From Geosiphon pyriformis uo1 (Eukaryota; Fungi; Glomeromycota), in assembly GCA_016748015.1 (NCBI GenBank), contig JAAOMT010000718.1, forward strand, positions 620,001 through 684,000: a stretch of DNA of 64,000 nucleotides, in the 5' to 3' direction. The position numbers and the translations under genes are program-made. Under the pieces are notes generated by a model. The model had not been told where the DNA came from. It saw only the letters and a list, made by a program, of their open reading frames with translations, and made no database searches. Each line of letters begins with the position of its first letter. Position 1 is the stretch's first letter. Shown piece by piece: positions 12,155 through 26,299 of the stretch.

Positions 12155-12874
12155 ATGACTATTCCTCAAAACATTCAACAATTATCCCAAAAACTAATGT
12201 TAACTTTAAAAACAATACCCGAATTATCCATTACTGTTACTAGAAACCACATTAATTATACCCAAACAGAAGTAGTTACAAATTTAGCCCCAAATTCATA
12301 AAAATATCACCCATATAAAAAGAACACAAGAAGTTATACTGGAATTCACCTGCCAGAACTTTTAAAGCTTGCTTTAAGAGAAAATCTAATGCTCACTCCG
12401 ATTAGTATTCCACTAAATGCTACAATTCAACAAAGACTTCAACTGTGTCTCAATGAGGAAAACACTGAATATCCTCCAATCTATAGATATTTTCACATTG
12501 GAAAAACACTCTACAAACAGAAACTGGAACTTATAACAGCAAACCTCACAAAAGAAGCTATTCAGAAACAACTCTACAACGAATTCAAGACAACAGCTGA
12601 ATCAACAAACAGTCGCTACAGGCTCAGAGCTGCTCTTAGACTTTATGACCTATTCCACACCTGTGAAAATGTACTACAAAACCCAATTTTTCAACCTTTA
12701 AAGATTCAATACATTGGAAAGTTCACAAAACTGAAATTTCAACAATTTTCAAACCAAATTTCTTCAATAATTTTGGATTATTATCTGAAAATAACAAACA
12801 GTACTTGGACTTTGATAGAGCTCAGTCTTGAGGAAGAGGTTATGTTACCAGACAAAATTAGAGATATCATTTAG
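12155..12874 (+). pseudogene. Extra ORF3 (~239 codons, one internal stop) between integrase and 3' LTR, function unknown
   Basis: ATG 12155 is in frame with ORF 12389-12874. The frame reads through the PPT and stops inside the LTR. A homologous 3' half is present in copy 2 (17627-18063). Confidence 0.75.
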
Positions 12875-13819
12875 CATGAAACTATCTTATAATTCCTATC
12901 ATTAATTAGCATATATTATCATTTCAAATTATCACTTATTACATTAGCAAAAATGTCTGAAATTATCATTTAATTAATAACCCAAATTGTACACAACACA
13001 AATGTAACCTAATTGCAATAATCAATCATGCAATACCCCGAACTATGTAACATTCAAAAATTCACCAAAATTTATAGAAATTTGCCGAAATAATTGATAG
13101 TTCACCGGAATATCTAATAGTTCGCAGAAATAACTTGTAGTTTGCCGAAATGTATTTTTAGTTCAGCAAAATTGTAGAAAATAGCAAAGTTCAAGTTCAT
13201 AGAATAGTGTTATGACAAGTTGTATAAAAGAAGAGCTTCTCTCTTCAAAAAAATGTATCTTACTTTAGATTTATCACTTAGAACCATTCCTATACACACA
13301 AAAAGAAATAAATATCAAATAATTCGAAAAACCAAATTCTTTAATTATTGCACTTGGAAAATCCTCAAAACCCAACTAAAGTTTTGAAATTGATTAGCTA
13401 CCAATTTCAATAATCTGTTAGTGACTCCAGACTTGGATTGAAAACGTTTCCCTTGACAGAATTTCATTTCTTTTACATCTTTTTATTTTCTTTTTATTTT
13501 CTTACTATAATCATTAGGGTAGCCTACAGACAAGATTTCTGTAGAAGAGTTGACTTTCACAGCAAAGTAACTATATATTTTAGTAAGCTTCCAGATGAGC
13601 AATTTCTGGGAAAGAGTTGACGTTTACTACAACGTAACTACATAATGTAACTGGCACGGAATTGGCCATTCCACTTATAAGCCCAGCAATTCAAATTATA
13701 GGAGATAATTTGAAGATAAATTCAGTTATTGAAGGTTCAACCACATCCAGAAAACGTGAATTCACAGCAAACAAGCATTGACAACATTTAAGAAAAGAGA
13801 CCAAAAATCTCTGATAACA
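12843..13819 (+). repeat. 3' LTR, family A copy 1
   Basis: TGTTACCAGA...TCTGATAACA, preceded by the PPT. Confidence 0.96.
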
Positions 13820-13823
13820 GTGT

Positions 13824-14327
13824 TTATGGCTCTCTTTAAGGGGTTTGTTTTTAGTGATTGGTCTCGAGAGGCTGTCAATATTTTCAAGGCCCCTAGAGTT
13901 GCTAATTTGAAAATTGTTGAGTTTGTGCGCTCTTTTGGTCTCACTTTCAAGAGTGATATTTGGTTGGTTCGGACAAAATATCGTGTATTTATGGAAAGAA
14001 ATAATCTTATCCCACTTGACAGCTCATTTCCTATCTCAGTTCCTGGTTCAGCTTCTAGGATCTCAGCTGGTGTGGTTAGGCTACTTGGTATGGCTGAGGC
14101 TTGTGGTGTTTGTTTTGGCTTTCATAAGCATTGTTTTTTCTTTTCTGATATTGGTGACTCTATTTCGGTTCATATAGCTGTGTAGTGTTATCCTAATTGG
14201 CCTGAGTGGCTGGTCACGTATAGAAAGAGCATGATTTACACTTAGTTTATGTTATTTCTTTGATGTATAGCTCTAGGTAGTGTTTGGACCTCACTCATAA
14301 AACGTTAATAAAAAAATAAAAATAAAA
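13824..14327 (+). mobile_element. LINE-1 3' end (ORF2 C-terminus, 3' UTR, A-rich tail)
   Basis: Removing 4244-13823 restores the frame (SDVFV-FMALFKGFV), which aligns without gaps to the LINE-2 C-terminus. Stop at 14185, then conserved 3' UTR and A-rich tail. Confidence 0.93.
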
Positions 14328-14649
14328 TTTCTGATTGCTATATTTTTAATTATTTTTGTTATTATTATTGTTAATTTTTGGTTGGTTTTAAATTGGTTTT
14401 CTTAGAATTTAAATTGGCTGTATTGGCTTTACTGGTCTAATTTGTTGTTAACTTATTAATGTTTTGATTATTTTAATTATTAAGTTAATTAATGTTTTTT
14501 TTTAAAAACTAAATTTGATAATAAAATTTTTATAATCAATAAAAATATTTGTTTTTTTGGTTATATAATTAATAATTTGTGTAAAAAAATAATTTCAAGA
14601 TAAAATATAAATTAAAATTTTTGCCAAAAGATAATATATTTGATATATT

Positions 14650-15650
14650 ATTAAATTTTTTTAAATAATAAGATATATAATAAATTAATAATACTTTAAA
14701 AGTTTCAAACTTTTAAAATCAAATTTAATATAAATAATACTGTTTTATAAATAAGTAAATTTGTTTTTTTGGTTCTATTTTAATCTTTTAAGTTGTAAAT
14801 CAGTTTTATAAACAATTTTTTGATTGAAACAGTAAGGCTGTTTTGAAAAACAATTTGTTAAGTGTGTTTTATTATTCTAATAAAATCTCAATATCAATTA
14901 TTTTGAAAAAGTTTTTGTATTATAAGTTAGTTTACTTTCTAAAAAAGTTTGAAATCATATTTAAAAACAGACTTTTGAATAAAAAAGACATTATTATGGA
15001 GTAAAAAATGTTTTATAAATAAAAAAGTTAGATTTTAAGAAATCAATACTTTTTTAATTCAAGTTAGCATCAGATTTTCTGCATAATAATAGTTCTGTTA
15101 ATACTAATTTTGGCCAATTTGGTGGATTATACAGTTTGAATATTTTGAAATTTGAAGTGTGTAAGTATTTGCTTAAGATTTGAACAAATATTATTAAGAT
15201 ATATACAAATAAGTTTTTGAATGATTTGGATTCTGTAAAAGTGGTTAATAAAGCTGCTATATACTTTTTAACTATAAATATGAATATTGATCTTAATGTA
15301 TATAGACTTTTATTCTTTATAATAACCAAATTACAAGTAGTTGTTTTAATTTTAAAGTGTATATTAATTTTATATACAGTAGTTTTATACTTAGATAGCC
15401 AAGCAGCTATTAATACATGTATTTTAAGTTAGGTATTATTATACTGAATTTTTACAATAATTATTGAATAGAAAGAAAACATATTTTCAATTTAATTAGA
15501 TGTAAAATTTTTTTGATTAGATAGTTAAAAATTAAAGACCATTCAAAAATCTTGGATAATAATAAAGCTAACTTGTTGGCCAAAAAAACTGCTTATTTTC
15601 TCTACTTTTTGCCAAATAGTATATGTAAACATTTTTTAATGACTAAGAAA
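14650..15650 (+). mobile_element. Heavily decayed LINE ORF2 fragment (post-RT region and RNase H)
   Basis: Residual translation IYTNKFL..AAIYF..TKLQVVVL.LKC..LYLDSQAAIN aligns to the LINE RNase H. Boundaries approximate. Confidence 0.75.
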
Positions 15651-16694
15651 ATAATAAAAAGAAAATTGTTGATTTTTTCAACTAAGATCTTTTTTATATT
15701 ATTAATAATAATAATAATTGTTTAAATTAACCAATTAATAGTTTATTTAAGCTATTGTATTAGTTGATAAGTAATAATATTTCTAGCAAATTTATTGTCT
15801 AAGATTAATTAAATTGTTTTTTTTTTAATTTTAACTTTAGTATATATAGCTGTAATTGTTTTTTGTTCTGTTATAACTATATTATTAAATAAAAATAATG
15901 ATTTGTTGACTTTAAATTCAAACAAAAAAATATTTAAAAGATTAACATTTTTAGCAATCTTTGCAAATAGAATTGTATTGCTAAAAAAAGTTGGTTTTAG
16001 TACTGTATTTTTACTTTCAAAAAATGTAGTTTGTTGAAAATTTGAATCTTTTAATATTGTTAAATAACTGGGTTATTATTAAACTGAATTTTAAGAAATC
16101 AACTAATTGTTAAAATTGGCTTTATTGTTGTTTATTAAAAATTAATTTTGTAATAAAAACTGGTTTGGCTGTATTACTTTTTTAATAAGTACTTAATATT
16201 GTTGAACTAATAAGAGTTAATATTGTTAAATCTATAGAAGTTGTTATTGTATTGACTATAAAGCAAATTGATAATAGTTGTTTTAATATTGAAATCTTAA
16301 TAAATAATAAATTAATAGTAGTAGTTAATAATAAAACTGTGATAATTGAGAATAATGTTGATTATTTTTTTGTTGTTGGTCTTATTATATCTTTTAGCAA
16401 TTCTATTTCCAATATTCTAAAATTTTACTATAATGACAACTCTATGATTAATTATTAAATAATAGTAAATAATTGTTTTAGTTGTATTATTATAATAGTT
16501 AATATTTCTGTTGTTATTATATTAATTAATAAAATAGTTTTCAATCTTTTTGGTTAATTGGTCAATTTTTTTTTCAGTTATAAAACTGGTTTTTTTTATG
16601 ACAAAATTAACAAGTTTGATACAATTGACTTTTTTTATTGTTATTTTGTAATTTTTAACATGTTAAATAACAGTGGCTAAATTTTTTAATACAT

Positions 16695-19600
16695 TGTTAC
16701 CAGAGGTTTTTGGCCTCTTTTCTTGAATGTTGTTGATGTTGATTTGCTGTAAATTCACGTTTCCAAGAAGTAGTTGAACCTCCAGTAACTGAATTTATTT
16801 TCAAATTATTTCCTATAATTTAAACTGCTGGGCTTATAAGTGGAATGGCCAATTCCATGTCAGTTGCTTTGTGTAGTTATGTTGTAGTAAACATCAACTC
16901 TTTCCCAGAAATTGCTTATCTGGAAGCTCATTAAAAATGTGTAGTTACTTTGCTGTGAAAGTCAACTCTTTTACAAGAATCTCGTCTATAGGCTACCCTA
17001 ATGATTATAATAAAAAAATAAAAGAAAAAAAAAAAAAAAAAAGTAAAAGAAATAGAATTCTGTCAAGAGAAACATTTTCTATCCAGACCTGGAGTCACTA
17101 ACAATTTACTGAAATTGGTAGTTAATCAATTTCAAAATGTTAGTTGAGTTTTGAAAATTTTCCAAGTGCAATAATTTAAAGAATTTAGTTTTTCGAATTA
17201 TTTGATATTTATTTCTTTTTGTGTGTATAAGAATGGTTCTAAGTGATAAATCTAAAGTAAGATATATTTTCTCGAAGAGAGAAGCTCTTCTTTTATACAA
17301 CTTGTTGTAACACTATTCTATAAACTTGAACTTTGCTCTTTTCTATAATTTTGCTGAACTAAAGATACATTTCGGCGAACTACAAGTTATTTCTGCGAAC
17401 TATTAGATATTTCGGTGAACTATCAGTTATTTTGGCAAACTTTTGCATGTTACATATTTCGGGGTATTGCATGATTGATCATTGCACTTAGGTTACATTT
17501 GTGTTATGTACAAATTGGGTTATTAATTAAATAATAATTTCGGATATTTTGTTAATGTAATAAGTGATAATTTGAAATGATAATATATGCTAATTAATGA
17601 TAAGATTTATAAGGGTAATTTTATGCTAAACAATATCTCTAATTTTTGTCTAATAACATAACCTTTTCCTCAAGACTGAGCTCTGTCAAAGTTCAAGTAC
17701 TGTCTGTAATTTCCAGATAATAATTCAAAATTATTGAAGAAATTTGGTCTGAAAATTGTTAAAATTTAGTTCTGTGAGCTTTTCAATATATTGAATCTTC
17801 AAAGGTTGTAAAATTAGGTTTTGTAGGATGTTTTCACAAGTGTGGAACAGATCATAAAGTCTAAGAGCAGCTCTTAGTTTATAATGACTGTTTGTAAGTC
17901 CAACTGTTGTTTTGAATTTATTATGGAGTTGTTTCCGAATAGCTTCTTCTGTAAGGTTTGCTGCTGTAAGTTCCCATTTTTGTTCATGAAGTGTTTTTCC
18001 AATGTAGAAATATCTATATATTGGAGTATAGTTGTAGTTTTTTTCATTAAGACACAGTCGAAGTTTTTATTCTGAAGCCATTTGAGTCCAATATTATCAG
18101 TAATAATATCGAATTCTTTAGGCCTGAGATAAAGATTAAAGTGGTGTAAGACCCAAATTACAGCTGCTGTTTCTAGTTCTGTGGCAGGGTAGTTTTTCTC
18201 GACTGGTTTTAATGTTCTGCCAGCATAAGTGATTACTCGCTCATTTCCGTTGTCATCTAATTATGATAAGATGGCACCAAAGGCAATGTAAGAAACATCT
18301 GTAGCTAGTCGAAATCAGTTACTGAAGTCTGGATAGGTGAGAATTGGAGCTGTTGTCAGTTTTTCCTTAAGAATTTCAAAAGCTTTTTGGTGTTCTTCTG
18401 TCTATTTGTATTCGACGTTTTTAGTAGTAAGCTGGTTAAGGGATTTTGTGATTTTTGAGGATCTTTTGATGAATTTTTGGTAATAGGAAGCTAATCCAAT
18501 AAATCCTCTCAATTCTGTGGTATTTCGTGAAGTCTTGAAGTTCTTGACAGTACTGATTTTTCTAGAGTCTGGTTTAATTCCATCTTTGCTAACAATATGA
18601 CCAAGAAAGACCAGACTTGTTTTTCCAAAGTAGCATTTTTTGATGTTCAGTTTCAATCCTGCTTTCCATAATTATTGAAAAACTTCATGTAAGTGTTTTA
18701 AGTGTAATTCAAAAGATGGTGAATAGACATCAGTATCATCAAGATAGACAACTACTGATTTCCAAAGAAGGCCTTTATAAACAACATTCATGAGTTTTTA
18801 GAATGTTGCTGGTGCATTGCATAATCTAAAAGGCATTATGTTGAACTTGTAGGTTCCTTCTTGAGTAGTGAATGCTGTTTTGGGATGATCTTTGGGATCT
18901 ATGGCAACTTGCTAGTATCCACTTTCTAGATCTAGTGTTAAAAAGTATTTGGATTTTCCAAGGGCATCTAACATGTCATCAATTCGGGGAAGAGGATAGG
19001 CATCTCCAATGGTGACACTGTTGAGTTGTCAATAATCAACACAAAATCATATCTTTCCATTTTTCTTCTTAACTAGGACCACAGGTGAGGCCCATGAACT
19101 CATTGATGGTTGAATAAACCTATTGTTAAGCATCCATTGTACTTCTTCTCAGATAAATTAGTGACTTTCTGGAGCAACTTGGTAGACTTGTTGTCACCTT
19201 GGTTTGGCATCTTCTGTATAGATTTGGTGTTGAACCAAATCAGTTCTTCCTAAGTCATTGTTGTTTTTAGCAAAGATATTGGCAAATTCTGCAATTAGTT
19301 CTTTGAGCTGGCTCTTTTGTTGTGGTTCAAGTTGTCCCATGTTGATTCGAAATAGTTTTTCCATGACAACATGGTAGTTTTCGGAGCTGGAGTTTGAGTT
19401 GATTTTTGGTATTGAATGTCCAATAATTTCAAAGAAATTGGGGACAGTTTGGGGTAATTCTTGTTGAAAGATATTACTGTGAATAACTCCAATTTCTAAG
19501 TTATTTAATAAAACTATGGGGAAATTGTTGGGATTGTAAAAAGTAACTCGGATTTTCTTTGTTCTTTCTGGAATATAAATGTTTGGGATAGAGATATTAT

Positions 19601-22600
19601 ATTCCAAGCAGATTTGTTCATTGGATTCAAAAATTTGTTGTGTGGTTGTTGGCTTTTCACAAGTGTAAATTTTAGGATGTTCTCCAAAGAGTGAAATGGT
19701 AATTGGTTGTGGAAGTCGTAAAATCTGGTGAGATTCTTTCTGTTTGTTAAGGGCTATGTTTACTGGAACTGTGAATCGTTTAGTTGAACCAAAACCTTGG
19801 ATTTCTCTTTCACTTTTTCCCAATAGTTCTCTTTGATTGACTAATTGTAAACCCAAAATGTTGATTAAGGGTAGATAAATAGCTTGGGCAATTTTTTCAG
19901 CATGTTTGATCTTGAAAGATTTATTGGTTTCATTTTAGAGTATTACTGTTATGTTACCAGTATATCCAGCATCAATTATTCTTCCTCTAACATTGATTCC
20001 TTTGCTTGCCAGAGAGGACCGGAAGGCGATTTGAACCATTGCTCTTGGTGGAATTTTGAGAGCAATTTTGAGGTTGATTTTTGTAAGAGATTTGGGTTTG
20101 AGAGCAAGAGTATCCTTGTCTGGATATCTTAGGTCATATCCAGCATCAATTTTATGTGCTTTTTCAGGTTTTATTCCTTGTCCATTGTTGTTAAAGTATT
20201 TGAGTTGTAAGGCAGGCTGGTTTTCAATAAGATAGATGGGTGTTGCTTCAATTTTTTCTGTTGCTTCAGGTTCTCCAAATTCAATTTTGTTCTTATCGTT
20301 TTTACTGTGCAAAGGAATGCTAAGAGCATAGCATTCAGGACACCACTGTTTATCACAAGGCATAATGCATTCTTTACATAGCCTAATGTTCATTTGCTCT
20401 AATCATTGAATTTGAGCTTCTTGGATTGAGTAGATGTGACTTGCAATTTGGTGGTAGACTTCTACTTCATCTTCATAATCAAATCCAGCTAATTTTATGG
20501 TGTATTCAATGTATTCTGCTTCCTTCATTTAATGGACATCTTCTTTGGTAGCTCTATTAATTAATGCCATTGCTAGGTCAAAAATCATCTTAGCATCATG
20601 GAGGTAATGATAAAGTTTGTTAAGAGCACTGTTGTATGCTGTATTAAAGGGTATTCTTCTTTTTACTTTTTCTGAAATTGATAAAGCATATTGGCAGGTC
20701 TGATTGCAGACTCCTCCTCTCATTGCTACATCAATCTAATTGCATTTTTCTGATAACATATCTCCACAAGTCAAACAAGAGATGTTGTCCTATTTTCTGC
20801 TTCTTTTTATTAGATGGCCCCATCATTCTCTGTGGCAAGTCTTGCAGTAATAACAAGTATGATTTTCATATTCTTCTTCAGGTGAAATACAGGCTCCCAT
20901 TGAGGAGAGTTTCTTGTGGCAGTTCTTGCATTTGAGTGAAATGTAGGGGCGTTGTTTTCGTGGTTCTGGTTTTGAATAGGGAACATTCCATCTGGTTGTC
21001 ACTGGTTCTTTTGTTTCAAGAGAATCATTTGTTGAAAAGTACTGTTGTTCAGTTTCATCAGCCTAATTGGAGGTTGACCCAAGTGCCATAAATGTTTCAA
21101 TAATGGGCTTTTTTTCTTCCAGTTCGAATTCAAAAGCCGGGGCTTTTTTGGGACGTTTGTTGAATGTACCACAAGTAGCAGGTACTCAGGCGTGTTGTTC
21201 TTGGTAGGAAATTGTTAACTCTTGTGTTTCCCAATTCAGATTAGCATTGGCTTTTTGAAGCCAATCATTTCTGATGAGAGCTTGGTACTGGGGCATGTCC
21301 ATTACAAGAACTTTGACTGAAATGATGATTCTATCAAGAGTGAATAGAAAATTGTCAATTTCTCCCACTGGAGTTTTTTTCATGCCATCAGCAGTAACGA
21401 TTACTGTTTGAGCTGGTCAGTTGACATTTCTCTTTAACTGTTGCATTAACTGGTAGGTGATAATGCTTCCAGCAGATCCACTGTCTAGGATCAAGTGAAT
21501 TGCCTTTCCTTCAACTTTTGCTTCAGTGTACATAGCAGTGATTGCTTTTTGTTTGTTGGCAGCTGCATTGCTAAGCAGAAATAGTAACTCATTTGCTTCA
21601 AACTCAAAAGGGAATATGTCTGAAAGGTTGGCATTTTCAGCAATTCTGGCTGGTAGGATTGTGGTAGGAGTATAGGAAGGGTTTTGTTGTCTTGCTGCAG
21701 CTTTTTCTTCTGAGAGTACAGTATGGTAAAAATCCGGTTCTTCAGGTATTGTAAGATAGCTAAGTTGAGTATGATAATAGGTGGATCATAGCTGAGCTGG
21801 ATTTCAGAGAACTAATTGGTTGTTTGAATTGATTCTATTGTTGTTTACTTGGTATCAAGTTTGTGGTGTAAATTGATTTTGCAGAATTAATCTTCGAGCA
21901 GACACTTGATAATGTTGGGTGGGTGGTTGTTGGTATTGCTGTTGAATTGGCTGTAGGGCAGACTGATAATAGTTACTTTGATATTGGGGTCTTGATGGAT
22001 AGTAAGCTGGTGATAGTTGATAATAAGATTGCTGTGGTGGAGGGTAATGTTGATTACTCCTATTTTGTTGGTCTCGTTGTAGCTTTCTGCAATTTTTTTT
22101 CCAGTAGCCAGGAATTCTACAGTAATGGCAACTCTGAGACTGGTTATTAGAGGATGATACAAAGTTGTTTTGATTCCGTCTTTGGGTGGTTGATATCTTT
22201 GGGGTTGCTGTTGTTGTTGGTTAATGAAATAATTTTCGACTTTCTTTGCAAGTTGGTCAATTTTTTTTTCAGCTGCTGAGCTGGTTTTTTCAATGGCTAA
22301 GTTCACAAGTTTTGTACAATTGGCTTCTTCCATGGCCATTTCATATCTCTTTGCATGCTGAATGGCAGAGTTTAAATCTTCTGGGGCATGTGAGCAAATC
22401 TTTTTAATCAGTTTATCCTTTAAACCAGTGATAAATTAATCCAAAATTTGAGCATTAGAATAATAATCATTAGTTTCAAGTTGGCAAATTCGTCTGAGAA
22501 GTTTGTTGAATTTCTCAATATAAGTCATGACAGATTTGGAGAGTTCTTGTTTGATATTGCAAAAACGATTTCGAAATGTGATTGAGGTGTTGTTATCAGT

Positions 22601-24572
22601 GAATTGTTCTAAAAAGGCAGTTTTGAAAACTGACCAGTCATTAAAAGGGGTAGTCAAGTTTTCAAACCATTTGCCTGTTGTTCTTTTGAGAAAGTAGGAA
22701 ATTGTTCTTAACATTCGGGCAGCATTCCATCCATTTGCATCTCCAGCTTTAGTAACTTGGTTGAGCCATTCTTGAGAACTGGTTTCAATGTCTTCTCCAT
22801 TAAATTCAGGGATTTTTGCGATGTATGCTGTCATTTTGTCTTCTTCATTTTCACTGTCTATTGATTCTTTTTCAGATATTTCAGAGTTGTTTTCTTCGTT
22901 CGCTGCTGTCTCAGAGTGTTCACTTCAATTTTCAGCTAAAAAGTCAAGGAGATTAGAACTAGTTTGAAGGTGTTTTTGTTGTCTGGTGGGACTTCTGGGT
23001 GATGTAAAATCTTTTAGTCTTACAAATTGATTCAAGAGTGAATTAAACGTTTGTGCTTGTGCAAGTAAAGCTAGAAAAAGTGTGATAGTAAGTGGAAGTT
23101 TTGAACTAGTTCCTTGTTCAGGTGTTTGTAAGTATTTGGCAGTTGTTTTTGGTAGTATTGGAGTATTTGGGGTAGTTTTTGAGTATTGCTTCAATTTTTG
23201 TTTGCCTTTGTTGCTTGTTTCTGTCTCTGATTCAAAATTAATAGAGTATTGAGACTGCACTGGATATGTTTCTTCACAGTACTTGATAATGTTAAAATTA
23301 AGTTCTTGAAAGTAAGTGGCAAGTGTTTTACTGTTAAGGTCTTTAGTTCCCAACTGTAAATAGTGTACTAAATTATTGTAAAGGTTGCTTCTAACTTCTA
23401 AGATATTGTAATTTCCAAAAAGATAATTGTTGATGTAGTTTTCAATGTATTGGTATACTGATTTCCTGACAACTTCAATTCCGTCTGGAATGTTGAATCT
23501 TTGCTTGCAGTAAGTGTAAATTGATTGGTAATACTCTAGAGTTGTTGTGTCTGGTGTGGTCACCACTTTGAAATTGTTTTTACTGTGTTGTTTCCGTGAG
23601 AGAGCACCAAATGTTACCAGAGGTTTTTGGCCTCTTTTCTTGAATGTTGTTGATGTTGATTTGCTGTGAATTCACGTTTCCAAGAAGTAGTTGAACCTCC
23701 AGTAACTGAATTTATTTTCAAATTATTTCCTATAATTTGAACTGCTGGGCTTATAAGTAGAATAGCCAATTCCATGCCAGTTGTTTTGTGTAGTTATGTT
23801 GTAGTAAACATCAACTCTTTTTCAGGAATTGCTCATCTGGAAACTCACTAAAAATGTGTAGTTATTTTGCTGTAAAAGTCAACTTTTCTACAGGAATTTC
23901 ATCTGTAGGCTACCCTAATGATTATAATGAAAAAATAAAAGAAAGAAAAAAAAAATGTAAAAGAAATAGAATTCTGTTAAGAAAAACGTTTTCTATCCAG
24001 GCCTGGAGTCACTAACAGTTTACTGAAATTGGTAGCTAATCAATTTCAAAATGTTAGTTGGGTTTTGAAGATTTTCTAAGTGCAATAATTTAAAGAATTT
24101 AGTTTTTTGAATTATTTGATATTTATTTCTTTTTGTGTATATAGGAATAGTTCTAAGTAATAAATCTAAAGTAAGATACATTTTCTCAAAAAGAGAAGCT
24201 CTTTTTTTATACAACTTGTCATAACACTATTCTATAAACTTGAACTTTGCTCTTTTCTATAATTTCGCTAAACTAAAGATACATTTCGACAAACTACAAG
24301 TTATTTCTGCAAACTATTAGATATTTCAGTGAACTATCAGTTATTTCGGCAAACTTTTGCATATTACATATTTCGGGGTATTGCATGATTGATCATCACA
24401 CTTAGGTTATATTTGTGTTATGTACAAATTGAGTTATTAATTAAATAATAATTTCAGACATTTTGCTAATATAATAAGTGATAATTTGAAATGATAATAT
24501 ATGCTAATTAATGATAAAATTTATAAGAGTAATTTCATGCTAAACAATATCTCTAATTTTTATTTGGTAACA
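16695..24572 (-). mobile_element. Ty3/Gypsy family A, copy 2 (integrase deleted)
   Basis: LTRs 16695-17658 and 23612-24572; TSD ACAT (16691-16694 / 24573-24576); PBS and PPT present; RNase H joined to ORF3 at about 18065. Confidence 0.96.
18065..23566 (-). pseudogene. gag-pol of copy 2 (Gag, PR, Cys-rich, dUTPase, RT, partial RNase H)
   Basis: Colinear with copy 1. Capsid-like IPEFNGE..WL..A.GW..W.F; RT VVYLDD intact; many nonsense codons. Confidence 0.92.
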
Positions 24573-24671
24573 ACATATAAACAAACTTTTTTGATCAATT
24601 TGTTTTTTAATTTTGTAATAAATTAATCCAAAATTTAAGCATTAGAGTAATAATTATTGGTTTTTACTTGA

Positions 24672-25583
24672 TGTTATTGGTAATTATTTAGAGTATTGGT
24701 ACAAATAACAAACTTGTAAATTGGTGCTTAATAGCTTGATAATATTGCTAAGATTGGTAATTTCTGAAGGTTTTGGAATTTGAAGATTTTGGTTGAGTTT
24801 TTTGTATAATAAACAGAGATTTAATTAATGGTTTCTTCTGTGAATTTTTTTTTTTAGCATAGTGGCCAGTTTAATTTAACAGTTATGTTTTTTTAATAAG
24901 CTATTCTTAAATTTCTACTCTTATTTCTGGGTCTTTTACCAGACTATTTTTGATGTCAAATACTTAGTATTTAATTTTTTTAATCAATTAATAAACAACA
25001 AAAAAACAAAACAAAAGAAAATAAAAACTTAGTATTCTGTTAATAGTTGTGATTAAGAGTTATTGATCTAATGTGGTTAAGTGTTAGATTCTATCAACAC
25101 TTTATATTGATAGAATAGAAGTGATTAATATTTTTTAATTAAAGAATAATAATATGGATTTAGGTGATAATTGATATTTTATTAATATATAATTTGATTC
25201 TATTTTAAGTTATAAAGAACTACTTTTTAAAGAAAAAAGTATTAGGTAATTAATAGATTCTAACTGATTATTAATATTAATTCTGTTTTTTTTGCTTTTA
25301 ATATTCTTACTATTTATACATAATTCTTGTTATATAAAATCTTATATTTTTTTAAGCAATATGCTTTATTTTTTTTGACAATATTTTTATTGCTAAGCAA
25401 TATGCTATAATTTTCTGACAATATGCTTATTGCTAAGCAGTATTCCCTAATTTATTAATAATATGTATATTGCTAAGCAATATGTCATAATTTTTTGATA
25501 TTGTGTTTACTTACTAAGTACTATTTTCTTATTAGTTTATTTTTCTATCTGTTTTTTTTACTTGTACTTTTTTATAAGTAACA
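24672..25583. mobile_element. Solo LTR, family B (912 bp)
   Basis: TGTTA...TAACA ends; 4-bp TSD TTGA/TTGG; host gag relic resumes exactly on both sides; sequence unlike the family A LTR. Confidence 0.8.
25350..25525. repeat. ~40-bp tandem repeat (about 4.5 units)
   Basis: TGCTAAGCA recurs at 25391, 25431 and 25471, with degenerate copies near 25351 and 25512. Confidence 0.85.
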
Positions 25584-26299
25584 TTGGTGAATTTATCTAA
25601 GAAGTTTGTTAAATTTTTTAAAATAGATTATAACAAATTTAGATAATTTTTGCTTAATATTTTAGAATTGATTTTGGAGAATAATTAAAGTACTGTTATT
25701 AGTAAATTAAATCAAAAAAGCATTTTTGAATGCTTGTTAATTTTTAAAAAATTTATTTAAATTCTTAAATCATTTTTTTGCTGTTTTTTAGAGAAAATAA
25801 AAAATTACTTTTAGTATTTTTGCTGTATTTTATTTATTTGTATCTTCTGTTTTTGATACTTGTTAAATTATTCTTAAAAATTAGTGTTAATATTTTTTTC
25901 TGTAAATTCTGTAATTTTTGTAATGTAAATTGTTGTTATTTTTCTTTTTTTTTCTTTTTTAAGTTTTTATTTTGTTTTAATCTGTTTTTTTTACTTTTTA
26001 AGTTTTTTAAATAATTATTTGGATTTTTTGCTAAGTAATTAGAAGATTAATATTGGTTAAAATTGGTTATTGTTGTTGGATAAAGCTTTTAAATAACTGA
26101 AAATCTTTTGGTCTTAAAAAATAAATAAATAGAAAATTTGGTGTTTGTAGTTTATTTTTTATTTTTTTATTCATTTAACAAGTGAAGCCCAACCACTACC
26201 TAGTACATAGAACCAAATCAAGTGGCTCAAACTAAACGCGATTCACACACTTTTTACATGTGGCTAGCCATTCGGGCCAGACAAGGCAACACTATACAC

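Larger units (their letters stand above)
4244..13819 (+). mobile_element. Ty3/Gypsy LTR retrotransposon family A, copy 1 (full length, mutated)
   Basis: LTRs 4244-5228 and 12843-13819 with TG...CA ends; TSD GTGT (4240-4243 / 13820-13823); PBS after the 5' LTR; PPT GAGGAAGAGG at 12830-12839; domain order PR-RT-RH-INT. Confidence 0.97.

Noticed and set aside
25350-25525. Possible CRISPR-like array
   Set aside because: No unique spacers; simple tandem repeat inside a eukaryotic LTR.
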